A stretch of 23,490 nt of DNA from Fibrobacterota bacterium (GTDB lineage Bacteria; Fibrobacterota; Fibrobacteria; UBA11236), in NCBI GenBank assembly GCA_043753995.1, contig JAYUVP010000068.1:1-23490 (forward strand). The letters run 5' to 3'. A model generated the notes under the pieces. It saw only the letters and a program-made list of their open reading frames with translations, had not been told where the DNA came from and did not search any database. The position numbers and the translations under genes were made by a program. Of this stretch, positions 1 to 9,176 are shown in pieces; positions within the stretch are counted from its first letter, which is position 1; the number at the start of each line of letters is the position of its first letter.

Positions 1-225
1 GAGATTTCAATTTTAAATCAATGAAAATGGGATACAACTTTCAAACCGCAACACCCTATTTTATGCCCGGTATCTGGGGTAGGGTTCGGTTTTATTTTAG
101 CAATGGAGCCAGTTTCGGCTCGGTCGTATTCGAAGATCGCGCGCCATTTACAACAGGAATATCAAGGTCAAAAGGCAAGCGTTTCGTAAACGGTCACAAA
201 AACTTGACGTATAATTTGGTGGGTA

Positions 226-260
226 GGAAAAGCAAATAGTTTTTTGCTATTTGCTTTTCC
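226..260. terminator. Perfect 14-bp inverted repeat; possible terminator or stability hairpin for the minus-strand repeat-protein gene, or a protein-binding site
   Basis: GGAAAAGCAAATAG (226-239) is the exact reverse complement of CTATTTGCTTTTCC (247-260), with a 7-nt loop, 55 nt past the stop at 316. The stem is AT-rich and has no clear U-tract, so terminator function is uncertain. Confidence 0.45.
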
Positions 261-315
261 CTGAATTCACCTCGTTAAGACTTGCTGAATTTCCTGGCCA
301 AACCCGCTTCGGCTC

Positions 316-2661
316 TTAGAGCGGCAGCTTTGAACGCCGTCCCATTATATCTAGCCGTCCTTGGCCGCCGGGCAATAGGAAAAGGCCAGGTTGGCGCGCT
401 TGCACCTGCAAGCCATTGCGTTTGGCCGCCAAAGCGCGCCTCAAGGACGCCGGAGATTTTTGCAAGACCACATTGCGCGCATTGGTCGCCGCGGTTAGGC
501 TGACATTGTTCACGGTTTGGGTGACATAGCCATCCTTGCTGAGAGTCAAGGTTCCATTATTGACCGTACTTGCAAATCCGCTGAAGGAGAATTCGCCGCT
601 GGCATTGGTGGTATCTAGCAAGGTGATGGCACTTGCGCCATTGGTTCGGAAGCTCACGATGACACCGGCAATGGCGGCGCTATCGGCGCCTTTCACGATT
701 CCCGTCAAGGCCTTGGTATTGGAATCGGTAGCACGGGCCAGGTTGATTCGTAAGGTATCGAGTCCATCTTCAGTCACTGCGCGGCTACCTCCCTTGGCGA
801 CATAGCCGGCCAAGGTGGCGGTCACCGAATAATTGCCTGTGATGACTTTTTCGAAAGTGGCATAACCCGAAGCATTGGTGATGCCGGTCATCTGCCGTCC
901 ACCGCTGGTGGCCACCAAGGCCACACCGCTGATGGCGGGATTGGTCGCCGAATCCAAGCCGACATAGACAATCAAGGTACCGACGGTAGGAGGCGCCAAA
1001 ACGACATTGGCCGTGGTGGTCGCGCCGGTGGTGACTGCCAAACCATTGGTCGTGCCGGTGGTGAGGCCGGTAGCTGAGACGGTGATGGAATAGCCCGTGC
1101 CAACGGCAACGGTATCGAAGCTATAGGCGCCATTGGCACCAGTGACCGCGGTATCCACCGACCCGCCTTGACCCGAGCGGCGCAGCACGACGGTGGCGCC
1201 TGCGACCACCGAACTGTCAGGCAATTTCTTAACGACACCGGCCACCTTGCCAGGCGCGGGAATGGGCTCGATCACGATATTGGCGGTGGTGGTCTTAGCC
1301 GTATCCACGGCAATATTATTGGTCGTGGAAGTGAGGTAGCCCGCCAGACTCACGACGATGGAATACCCGGAAGCGACGGTAATATCATTGAAGGTATAGC
1401 TTCCATCCGCGCCTGAAGTCGCGGTATCGGCAAACCCGGCATTCTGGCGACGCAAAATCACCATTGCCCCCACGGCTACCGAACTGTCAGGCATTTTTTT
1501 GACCACACCGGCCACCTTGCCAGGTGCGGCAGGAACAGCCATAACCACTATCGGCGTCACGGTCGCTCCACTGCCCACGGTCACATTGTTGATGGTGCGC
1601 GTCACCAATCCCGTGGCGGAGGCCGTCAGGGTATAGGTGGTCGCAGTGACGGAATCAAAAGAAAAGGCACCCGTGGCGCCGGTAATGACCGTGTCGGCGA
1701 AAGTCCCGCCATTGTTGCGGCGAATGATAACGGTCGCACCCGCGACCACCGAACTGTCAGGCATTTTACGCACCACACCCGTGATTTTGCCGGGAGAGGG
1801 AGGCACGGCCAAATAAACCGTGGGTGTGGCGGTGACACCGCCAGTCACCGTGACATTAGAGTTACCCGTGACATAACCCGTGGCCGAGGTGGCGAGGGTA
1901 TAGCTCGCTGCGGGAACCGAATCCCAGCCGAATTTTCCTTCAGCATCTGAGACCAGAGTGTCACTGAAGCCTGTACCCGTCGTGCGACGAATGATGACGG
2001 TTGCGCCTGCTAGCACGGTGCTGTCGGCGGACTTGCGGACCACGCCCGCGACCTTACCCGGCAATCCCACTGGGGCGAGGAAGACATTCAAAGTCGTCGT
2101 GGCCGCAGTCAATACATTGACGCCATTCGTGGTGCTGGTGGTGAACCCACTATCAGAAACAACCACCACATAATTGGTATTCACCGGAACCGAGTCGAAA
2201 GAATAAGCGCCATCGGCTGCGGTTTCAACGGTATCGGCAAAGCTGGTGCTACTGGTGCGGCGAATAATTACCCTAGCTCCTGCCACCAAGGCACTATCAG
2301 GCAATTGGCGCACAACGCCAGCCACTTTGCCGGGAGCAGGTATAGGCGAGAGAGAAATATTGGCCAGGCTGATGGTGGTGTCTGCCGTTCCTGCATTGGC
2401 CTGAGAGCTCGCCGAATTCAGAAAACCGGCCTTGGATGCAATGACCGTATAATTTCCCACCGCGACATCGGTAAAGCTAAAGGCACCGGCGGTATCGGTC
2501 ACCACGGTGTCACGCCCTTGATTTCCTTGGCGGAGTATGACCGTGGCCTCGGCCACGGCAGTGTCACTTCCCTGTTTCGTCACTTTCCCGTTAACCGTCG
2601 CGGCTTGCATACCCGTTGGCAGCAAAGCCGAAACCAGTAATCCCCAAATCCATGGCTTCAT
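316..2661 (-). CDS. Secreted surface protein with about 8 tandem carboxypeptidase-regulatory-like (prealbumin-fold beta-sandwich) domains and a basic C-terminal tail
   Basis: 781-aa ORF with signal peptide MKPWIWGLLVSALLPTGMQA and an AAGGGG RBS upstream. About 90-aa repeats follow 'PGK[VI]xGVVxxxxDSxxxxGAxVxxRR...DT..T...G.[YF].F..V....Y.[LIV].[VA]S..G[YFL]'. Rich in Thr/Ala/Val/Gly. Ends RLDIMGRRSKLPL. Confidence 0.85.
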   Translation of the reverse strand: MKPWIWGLLVSALLPTGMQAATVNGKVTKQGSDTAVAEATVILRQGNQGRDTVVTDTAGAFSFTDVAVGNYTVIASKAGFLNSASSQANAGTADTTISLANISLSPIPAPGKVAGVVRQLPDSALVAGARVIIRRTSSTSFADTVETAADGAYSFDSVPVNTNYVVVVSDSGFTTSTTNGVNVLTAATTTLNVFLAPVGLPGKVAGVVRKSADSTVLAGATVIIRRTTGTGFSDTLVSDAEGKFGWDSVPAASYTLATSATGYVTGNSNVTVTGGVTATPTVYLAVPPSPGKITGVVRKMPDSSVVAGATVIIRRNNGGTFADTVITGATGAFSFDSVTATTYTLTASATGLVTRTINNVTVGSGATVTPIVVMAVPAAPGKVAGVVKKMPDSSVAVGAMVILRRQNAGFADTATSGADGSYTFNDITVASGYSIVVSLAGYLTSTTNNIAVDTAKTTTANIVIEPIPAPGKVAGVVKKLPDSSVVAGATVVLRRSGQGGSVDTAVTGANGAYSFDTVAVGTGYSITVSATGLTTGTTNGLAVTTGATTTANVVLAPPTVGTLIVYVGLDSATNPAISGVALVATSGGRQMTGITNASGYATFEKVITGNYSVTATLAGYVAKGGSRAVTEDGLDTLRINLARATDSNTKALTGIVKGADSAAIAGVIVSFRTNGASAITLLDTTNASGEFSFSGFASTVNNGTLTLSKDGYVTQTVNNVSLTAATNARNVVLQKSPASLRRALAAKRNGLQVQARQPGLFLLPGGQGRLDIMGRRSKLPL
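1000..2340 (-). repeat. Intragenic tandem repeats of about 270 bp (five closely related domains)
   Basis: The motif ACCGAACTGTCAGGCA recurs near 1208, 1478 and 1748 (270-nt period), with more diverged copies near 2020 and 2290, matching the PGK[VI]xGVV protein repeats. Confidence 0.8.
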
Positions 2662-2847
2662 ATTTTTCCCCTTGTTGAATTTCCGGGAATGAATCCCGAC
2701 TCAGGGCGAAAGATATGCGTTTTACCCGCATGAACATTGATTTTTATTTGCGTCACACTTCTTGGACAATCAGGTCCGCACAGGGATGCGCGATGTACGA
2801 AATGGGCCGCCCCTCGGGGTACGAAATTAGGGTTTTGGGCCGTATTG

Positions 2848-3429
2848 CTAAATGCCCCTCTGAATGTGATCGATGAAAACGCGCATGCCAACGGCGAGTA
2901 AGGCAATCCCTCCCCACATTTCAGCACGATGCGCGAAGCGCGATCCGACGCGGGCACCGAAGTGAATCGCGGGCCAGCAGAGGAGAGCGGTAATTAATCC
3001 AATAACCGTGACTCCAGATAAAAGAGATATGCCCATGGCCCCGAAGGTGAGCCCCACGGCAAGCGCGTCCAAGCTGGTGACCAAACCCATCAGAAGAAGC
3101 GAGCGCCATGCGAAGGGATGGCCAGCCTTGTCCGGTTTTTCCTCGGCTTCGGGATCGCGCGCTAAACCTTCGCGAATCATCTTGAGACCGATGCCACCGA
3201 GCACCAGCAGGACTATCCAATGATCATAGGGTTGCAGCCAGCCCTTGGCCACCTCGCCCACCCCCGCGCCGATCAAGGGCATCATGGCTTGAAACAATCC
3301 GAAGCATAGGGCCATGCGCACGGCTTCTGCATAGCGGACCTTGGGATGGGCCAGCCCAGCGGCGATAGCGACGGCGACGGCGTCCATGGCCAGGCCGCCC
3401 GCCGTGAGAAAAAGAAGGGGGTTCATCAT
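2848..3429 (-). CDS. mntP: Manganese efflux pump MntP family membrane protein
   Basis: Hallmark motifs LAMDAVAVAI, FGLFQAMMPLIG, DHWI and VTSLDALAVG with about 6 hydrophobic segments. Start taken at ATG 3429 (or 3426) rather than the track's 3507. Confidence 0.9.
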   Translation of the reverse strand: MMNPLLFLTAGGLAMDAVAVAIAAGLAHPKVRYAEAVRMALCFGLFQAMMPLIGAGVGEVAKGWLQPYDHWIVLLVLGGIGLKMIREGLARDPEAEEKPDKAGHPFAWRSLLLMGLVTSLDALAVGLTFGAMGISLLSGVTVIGLITALLCWPAIHFGARVGSRFAHRAEMWGGIALLAVGMRVFIDHIQRGI

Positions 3430-3570
3430 GATGGGTGCGCAAAGTACCTCGAACGGCTCCAAAAGCGTCGTAAAACCCGTCTTTGTCTCCACCGTGCGGC
3501 AAACCAAATCTTGCTATTTCGTCACCAAGGTTGCGGCCGACTTTCACCTCCCTGACGGCCCATTTTACCC

Positions 3571-6504
3571 GTGCCAAAAACGACTCCTGAATTTGCCCTG
3601 GCGCAAAGCACTTATTGCGGCCAAGCTTCCGATTTGATGCAGGCCGGTTCGGCCCAACCCTTTATGCAACCCTGGTATATCCCCATTGCTTGCAGCCCGC
3701 GTGAAACCGGCATGCCCATGGGTGGCATAGGCTCGGCTTTCACCCTGACGCCCGCGGGAACAACGCCCGTGATTTCCGCAGTGGGCGGCTTGCACCTCAC
3801 GGCCAAGCCCGAGGAGTCGATTCGCCTGCATTCATTTTTCTTTGGTGAGCGACGCGCCGACGCGCCTTTGCGCGTTGCGGATGCTGGCGGCCTCTTGCGC
3901 CGCAATCGTTTCGCGGCCTTGCTGAAGCAGGATGGCAAACCCTGGTTGAGCGGCGAGGAAAGCGAAGCCGAGGTGGCCCAAGTCGTTGCGAGCATGGCGG
4001 CGCACCCCCGGCTTTTCCAAGACAATGCCGAAGCCTTGCAGCGATGGCAAATCGAATTGTCGCCGCGCACACGCGAAGCCCTGGCGGCGGGGCCGTCACC
4101 CACCTTATCGCGGGCTTTATTGCTCGATGTTTTTGGTTCGTCCCTGGAATTGGTTGCCGATCATGCGACAGCCTTAACCGGTGACAGCGAAGTGCAAACT
4201 CTCGCGGGACAAAACGCCTACAGCGCTGCCGAGATGAGTTATCAAGGCCTTTATCCCCTGGCGCAAACCGAATTCAACTCGAAGCATCATGCCCTGCGCC
4301 TGCGTAGCTTGGCTTTCACGCCCATGATTGCTGGCGACGAGCGTTGGTGCAGCTTGCCCGTATCGGGGACGGTTTTTGAAATCGAAAATCCCACTGCCGA
4401 AGCCCGTGAGGCGACCTTGGTTTTCACCTTGGAAAACTTCATCGGCGACGAAGTCATCAAGGCGCGGCCCGGCGTGCAAGACGCTTGGTTTTATCTGGTC
4501 CGCACCGCCCGCTATCAGCGCGGACGCTTCGTCGAAACACCCCTGGGGGCACAGAGCCGGGCCATCGGTTTCACCCTGGAACAGGAGCCCGGGCAAGAGA
4601 GCGGTGAAATTCGCGGCAGCATGTCCGCCTTGGTCGAAGCGCCCGAAGCACCCGGCTTTTGGGCCACTGCCACGCCGACAGCCTATGCCGAAAACGAAGT
4701 CGGCTTGGTGAAAGAAGCCTTGCGCACGGGCCGTTTGCAAACCTCGCGCCTCCTCCCCTTGGCCACCGGACGCGAGAGAGGATTGGGTGCGCTATGCGTC
4801 ACCGTGATGTTACCCCCCGGCGCTCGGCGCGAAGTGACTTTTTCATTGGCGCTGGATTGGCCAAGCATTGACATGCACCCCTTTCATTCGCGCAAGAAAT
4901 ACACCGAGTTCTACCCAGAGGCCGCGGGTCGTTCCGAAGCCATGGCCGCCGATGTATTGCGAGATCGTCCTAACCTATTGGCGCGCATCGCCGCCGATCA
5001 CGCCGCCAGCGCCCAGCTCGGCGAATTGCCGGAACTATTACTCCAGGGCAAGAACGGCGCACCGGAGCGCCTACTCACCCAGCTCGCCAATACCTTGGGA
5101 TTTTTGGCCGATGCCACGGTTTGGGACATAGACGATCGCTTTTGGATACGCGAATGCGCCGACTATCCTTTTTTCAATTCACTCGATGTGTATTTCTACG
5201 GCAGCTTCTCGGTATTGCGCCTGTTACCCCGCCTCGACGGTTGCGTGCTACGCGACTTCGCCCACGCCATACGCTCCGATGACCCCAGACGGCGGCGGCA
5301 TTGGGAGTACATGCATGAGCCCTATGCCGACTTGCCTGAAGAGCGGCTGGAAGGCCCGCGCGGCGTCGAAGGCGCCGTGCCGCATGATATGGGCAGCCCC
5401 TTTGATCCTTCGCCTGATGCCTATATCTGGCATAATGTCAAGCACTGGAAAGACCTCGCCCCCAAATATCTCCTTTTGCTTTGGCGTCACTACCGGGTTA
5501 CGGGCGATTCCGAAGTCTTGCGCGCCTGCTGGCCCGCCGCGCGCGCCGCCATCGATTATCTCGACAAGATGCGCACCGGCAATTCGCCCATTCCATTGAC
5601 AAATGGCACTGATGACACTTTCGATAATCTTGAATCGCGGGGCATATCGATTTATTGCGGCTCTCTTTGGGTGGCCGCGCTCGCCGTGGGTGAAGCCCTG
5701 GCCAAGGCCATGCGCGATATCGAATTGGCCGAAGCCTGGAAAACCCAGCGTGACCAAAGCGCCCAAGCCTTAACCGCCGCGCTTTGGGACGACAAAGCGG
5801 GCTATTATCACTTCTGGAAGGACGCCCGCGACGGCGTTGTCAATCAAGACGTCTTTGCCGATCAATTACTCGCCGATTTGTGGCTACGCCTCTTGCAACT
5901 TCCGCCGCTCACTCCCGATTCCGAAGCGCGCCGCGCGGCCCAAACCGTGCTCGCCCTCAATTATCGCCGCAATAGCCCTTGGATAGGAGCGGCCAATCTC
6001 GTCGCCCGCGATGGCTCGACCCTGCCCGCCTTTCAGGCCCAAGACGTTTGGCTCGGCGTGCAGCATAGCCTAGCCGCCACCTGCGCCAAACTCGGCTTGC
6101 ATGAAGAAGCCTGGGACTTGCTGGAAACCGGCTACCGCAATCTCTATGACGAGGCCCGCATCCCCTTCGGAGCGCCCGAAGGCTTCAATGGCAGCGTGGT
6201 CCTCACCCCCGAAAAGCTGGCGGCGGCTTTGGAAATCTCCAAGCCCGAGGCCAAGGCCTGGGTGGAGCGCCTAATCAAAGCCGGTTTGCTTTCCCGCGAA
6301 GGTCGCCCCGAAGCAACGTCACGCCAGAGTTACCCTGGGTTCGCAGCGGCTCTTGGCGCTTCCGGAGCAACCCCGGCAGAGGCGGCGCTGGTTCCCAAAC
6401 TGCACGACTTCCTGCTTAGCCATGGCCTCCAGTATACGGCGGGCCGCTATTTGCGGCCCGGCATGATATGGGCCCTTGCCTGGCCTATGAAAAAGGAAGG
6501 TTGA
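3571..6504 (+). CDS. Glycoside hydrolase family 116 (GBA2-like beta-glucosidase/glucosylceramidase), enlarged by insertions
   Basis: Motifs GMPMGGIG, YQGLYP, IRECADYPFFNSLDVYFYGS (nucleophile Glu region), GAVPHDMGSP, WKDLAPKY...YRVTGD, DDTFDNL (acid/base region), FADQL, APEG and YLRPGMIWAL. No signal peptide. Start (GTG 3571 or ATG 3637) is uncertain. Confidence 0.88.
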   Translation: MPKTTPEFALAQSTYCGQASDLMQAGSAQPFMQPWYIPIACSPRETGMPMGGIGSAFTLTPAGTTPVISAVGGLHLTAKPEESIRLHSFFFGERRADAPLRVADAGGLLRRNRFAALLKQDGKPWLSGEESEAEVAQVVASMAAHPRLFQDNAEALQRWQIELSPRTREALAAGPSPTLSRALLLDVFGSSLELVADHATALTGDSEVQTLAGQNAYSAAEMSYQGLYPLAQTEFNSKHHALRLRSLAFTPMIAGDERWCSLPVSGTVFEIENPTAEAREATLVFTLENFIGDEVIKARPGVQDAWFYLVRTARYQRGRFVETPLGAQSRAIGFTLEQEPGQESGEIRGSMSALVEAPEAPGFWATATPTAYAENEVGLVKEALRTGRLQTSRLLPLATGRERGLGALCVTVMLPPGARREVTFSLALDWPSIDMHPFHSRKKYTEFYPEAAGRSEAMAADVLRDRPNLLARIAADHAASAQLGELPELLLQGKNGAPERLLTQLANTLGFLADATVWDIDDRFWIRECADYPFFNSLDVYFYGSFSVLRLLPRLDGCVLRDFAHAIRSDDPRRRRHWEYMHEPYADLPEERLEGPRGVEGAVPHDMGSPFDPSPDAYIWHNVKHWKDLAPKYLLLLWRHYRVTGDSEVLRACWPAARAAIDYLDKMRTGNSPIPLTNGTDDTFDNLESRGISIYCGSLWVAALAVGEALAKAMRDIELAEAWKTQRDQSAQALTAALWDDKAGYYHFWKDARDGVVNQDVFADQLLADLWLRLLQLPPLTPDSEARRAAQTVLALNYRRNSPWIGAANLVARDGSTLPAFQAQDVWLGVQHSLAATCAKLGLHEEAWDLLETGYRNLYDEARIPFGAPEGFNGSVVLTPEKLAAALEISKPEAKAWVERLIKAGLLSREGRPEATSRQSYPGFAAALGASGATPAEAALVPKLHDFLLSHGLQYTAGRYLRPGMIWALAWPMKKEG

Positions 6505-6529
6505 AGCCAAGGGCTAAGGGCTAAGTCCC

Positions 6530-7564
6530 TTAGAACACGAAATTGAAGCTGGCCTGGGTGAGCAGGCCGCGCAATTCACGGTTGTGATCGAAGGGGATGA
6601 AATAACCGGCGCGTGCATCCAAAAGCATGCGCTTGGTTTTCACAAGCTCCAGGCCGAGGCAGGGCGTGACTTGCCAGATGAGATTGGAATTGGCATCGCT
6701 GGTTAAATAGGCTCCACCGATTTGATAGCCGGTATAGAGATTGAAAAAAGAACGCAGGCCTTGCCCCAGGCGGCGCGAATAAAAATCCTGGCCGAAAGCG
6801 AAGAGGAATAATTCCGTCGCCGCCAGGGAATCCTGTTTGGCCGGTTCGGTGATGGGATGCAAAAGCCCTACGCTTAAATAGGACTTGCCCCGGGTGAATA
6901 GATATTTGATTTGCGCGCCTTGATAGGCCGACGCCGAAAATTCATCCGAAGGGTTTTCGAAAAACAGGGCAGCATATTCGACGCCTGGCATATTGACAAA
7001 GGCCAGATTCGAGACGCTGGGCGTGCTCATTTCGGTATTCAGGGTCAACTTCGCTGTTGCGACCGTATCCCAAGTTTGCAGGCGCATCAGGCGTTTTTCC
7101 AAAACCCCGAGTTCATTTTGCTGTTCCTGCAGGGTTCTAAGTATTTGCGCTTGCGAGGAGGCTTCGTGGGTGGTGGCCTGTGCCTTTTTCAGCGTCTCCA
7201 CTTCTTCCTGCTTGCGCACCCACTCATAACCGAGATCTTCTTGTTCACGTTTGCGATCGGCGGCATAGTAATGCAAATCCGTGACTTCGCCCAAGCTCGA
7301 CACATCGGGCTGAATCGCCGCAATGCGTTCGGGCCGTCCTGAGAAAACGCATTCGAGTCCATTGCGGCTCGATTCGATGGAGACCAAATGCAATTGGCGC
7401 TTTTCCGCCCAAGCAAATAGCGAAACCTTGGCCGCCGCAATTTCCGACACAATCACCTTGGCCCGCAAAGACGGCTCCGGCCAACCCGCTGGGGTTGGGT
7501 CATAACCGTATTCATTGGAATAGGAAACGGAAACCGCCAGCAAAACGGCGAGGAATGGAATCAT
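6530..7564 (-). CDS. Exported protein with a DUF4349-like N-terminal region (alpha/beta plus coiled coil) and a probable C-terminal outer-membrane beta-barrel
   Basis: Signal peptide MIPFLAVLLAVSVSYS. Heptad-like helix QILRTLQEQQNELGVLEKRLMRLQ followed by ATAKLTLN. The C-terminal half has alternating aromatic/Gly strands and ends FNFVF (terminal Phe typical of outer-membrane proteins). Confidence 0.6.
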   Translation of the reverse strand: MIPFLAVLLAVSVSYSNEYGYDPTPAGWPEPSLRAKVIVSEIAAAKVSLFAWAEKRQLHLVSIESSRNGLECVFSGRPERIAAIQPDVSSLGEVTDLHYYAADRKREQEDLGYEWVRKQEEVETLKKAQATTHEASSQAQILRTLQEQQNELGVLEKRLMRLQTWDTVATAKLTLNTEMSTPSVSNLAFVNMPGVEYAALFFENPSDEFSASAYQGAQIKYLFTRGKSYLSVGLLHPITEPAKQDSLAATELFLFAFGQDFYSRRLGQGLRSFFNLYTGYQIGGAYLTSDANSNLIWQVTPCLGLELVKTKRMLLDARAGYFIPFDHNRELRGLLTQASFNFVF

Positions 7565-7790
7565 GGGATGGGTCCTTTTAGCGTTGAAATTCGCAAGCTA
7601 TTAAAGGTCATTCCACGATCTCTTAGCGGCAAGATGGCTTTTCCTTGAGCCCAGACATTGCGAAGCGGGTAGGCGACTTATTTGACCTTTAATCGGCCCA
7701 GGTGAAGTCCAACTTGCCGCATGGCCCTATCCGGTCGTAATATGGCAAGGCGATCCAAAGGGCATTCCTTGGCTTCGCTCACAGGCCTAT

Positions 7791-9161
7791 ATGAAAAGCA
7801 ATAGCGCCAAAGTCCGTTTCCGCACCGCCTGCTTTTCGCTTTTGTTTGTGCTTTTGCTTTTTCAAATCGGAAATGCTGAGCCCGATTTGCGCTATGGCTT
7901 TGTCGGGACGGGCGGCAAGGCCTTTGCGGAAAAGTTCCGCCTGTCGCATTATGTGCTCGAAGGCAACCAAGATACGCTGACAACCTTACTTTCTTCCACC
8001 TCCATTGCAAACGATCCCGCGCCGGGATTTCAAGTGATTCGCCGCGTAGCCAAATTGACCGAGCGCGTCGATGGCTTGGGCTTAAGCATTGCGGATTTTC
8101 AGAACAAGATCAGCGCTTATGGCCAGGCCTTGGCCATTTGGTTTACCCTTCCTCTCGGCCCCAAACCCGTATTCAATTGGTATTCGCCTCCGACTTCGGC
8201 CTTAATTGCTGCCGAGAGCCTTCAAATCGTGCAAACCTTACGTCGGGAAAAAGCACGCATGCCCCCCATCCCTGGAACGGTTTGGGAAATCGGCAATGAG
8301 CCCAATTTATTTCCCCCGCTTTTGCCTTCGGAGTATGCGAATCTTTTTTCGCAATACTATCGAATCATCAAGGCGGAAAACCCTTCGGCAACGGTGGCCT
8401 TCGGTTCGCTTTTCACCAAGGAAGTCGCCGAAGATTTGCGTCCCAAGATGGAAGAGTTTTTAAGCCAAGCTCTGATTGGAGCGGGATTAGGTTCTCCCGG
8501 CCAAGCCCGCTTCGATTCCGTTTATGCCAATCTTCGCAATACCCTTTTTTCCCGGTTTCTCCATTGGGGCACGGCGGATTATGCCACCCAATGTTTCGCG
8601 AGCTTAGACCCATCGATCAAGCCCGATATCCTGTCCTTGCACTTTTATCCCTATGACGATCGCCCACCGGCCCAGGGCAAGACCGAATGGAAAACCAAGC
8701 TCGCATCCCTGACTGCGGAACTGACTTCGGCGCAGCAAAGTCGCGGGGGACAGTCTCGCCTTTGGATTACGGAGTTCGGCAATATTCACGCAACCTTAGA
8801 CGAGACCGCAATCATTTCGCAAACCTCTAATCTTCTGGATATTTTCGAGTCCCAAGCCGGCCTTGAACGCTGGTTCTATTACAAGCCCACCGGGGCCGAT
8901 GAACAATTTCAATTTTTCCTGGGGTCAGAAAGGCCCTTGACCCGCTTGGCGAAAGACGCAGCCTTCGCCCCAACCGACGGACAATTTTCTTGCGCAGCCT
9001 TGAATTCCATTGGCCTCCTATTCTTCTTGCGCGCCGTGGGACAGCCTTGCGATGACAGCAATGCGCTTTCCATTCGACCCCGATCGGCGAAGCAAGGCGC
9101 GAAGGCTCCGATGCGAAAGCATCGCGACTGGATGGGCCGCACCTTAAGAGTCATGCCTTGA
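7791..9161 (+). CDS. Secreted clan GH-A glycoside hydrolase (GH39/GH5-like TIM barrel) with basic C-terminal tail
   Basis: Signal peptide. Acid/base motif WEIGNEPN, DILSLHFYP, nucleophile motif LWITEFG and WFYY. Ends RDWMGRTLRVMP. The exact family cannot be assigned by eye. Confidence 0.75.
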   Translation: MKSNSAKVRFRTACFSLLFVLLLFQIGNAEPDLRYGFVGTGGKAFAEKFRLSHYVLEGNQDTLTTLLSSTSIANDPAPGFQVIRRVAKLTERVDGLGLSIADFQNKISAYGQALAIWFTLPLGPKPVFNWYSPPTSALIAAESLQIVQTLRREKARMPPIPGTVWEIGNEPNLFPPLLPSEYANLFSQYYRIIKAENPSATVAFGSLFTKEVAEDLRPKMEEFLSQALIGAGLGSPGQARFDSVYANLRNTLFSRFLHWGTADYATQCFASLDPSIKPDILSLHFYPYDDRPPAQGKTEWKTKLASLTAELTSAQQSRGGQSRLWITEFGNIHATLDETAIISQTSNLLDIFESQAGLERWFYYKPTGADEQFQFFLGSERPLTRLAKDAAFAPTDGQFSCAALNSIGLLFFLRAVGQPCDDSNALSIRPRSAKQGAKAPMRKHRDWMGRTLRVMP

Positions 9162-9176
9162 CTTAGCTTTGCCTTC

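Noticed and set aside
21..239. 72-aa ORF and the adjacent TTGACG/TATAAT hexamers at 204-215
   Set aside because: The ORF has no recognisable motif and lies in AT-rich, intergenic-looking DNA. The two hexamers are directly adjacent rather than about 17 bp apart, so they do not form one sigma70 promoter.
3430..3570. yybP-ykoY manganese riboswitch upstream of mntP
   Set aside because: Expected from gene context, but I could not find the characteristic conserved segments on the minus strand. An Infernal search with RF00080 would be needed.
6505..6529. AAGGGCT x2 at the GH116/barrel-protein convergent junction as a fourth repeat copy
   Set aside because: Only 25 bp with no similarity to the conserved blocks of the 111-bp element; at most a weak hairpin.
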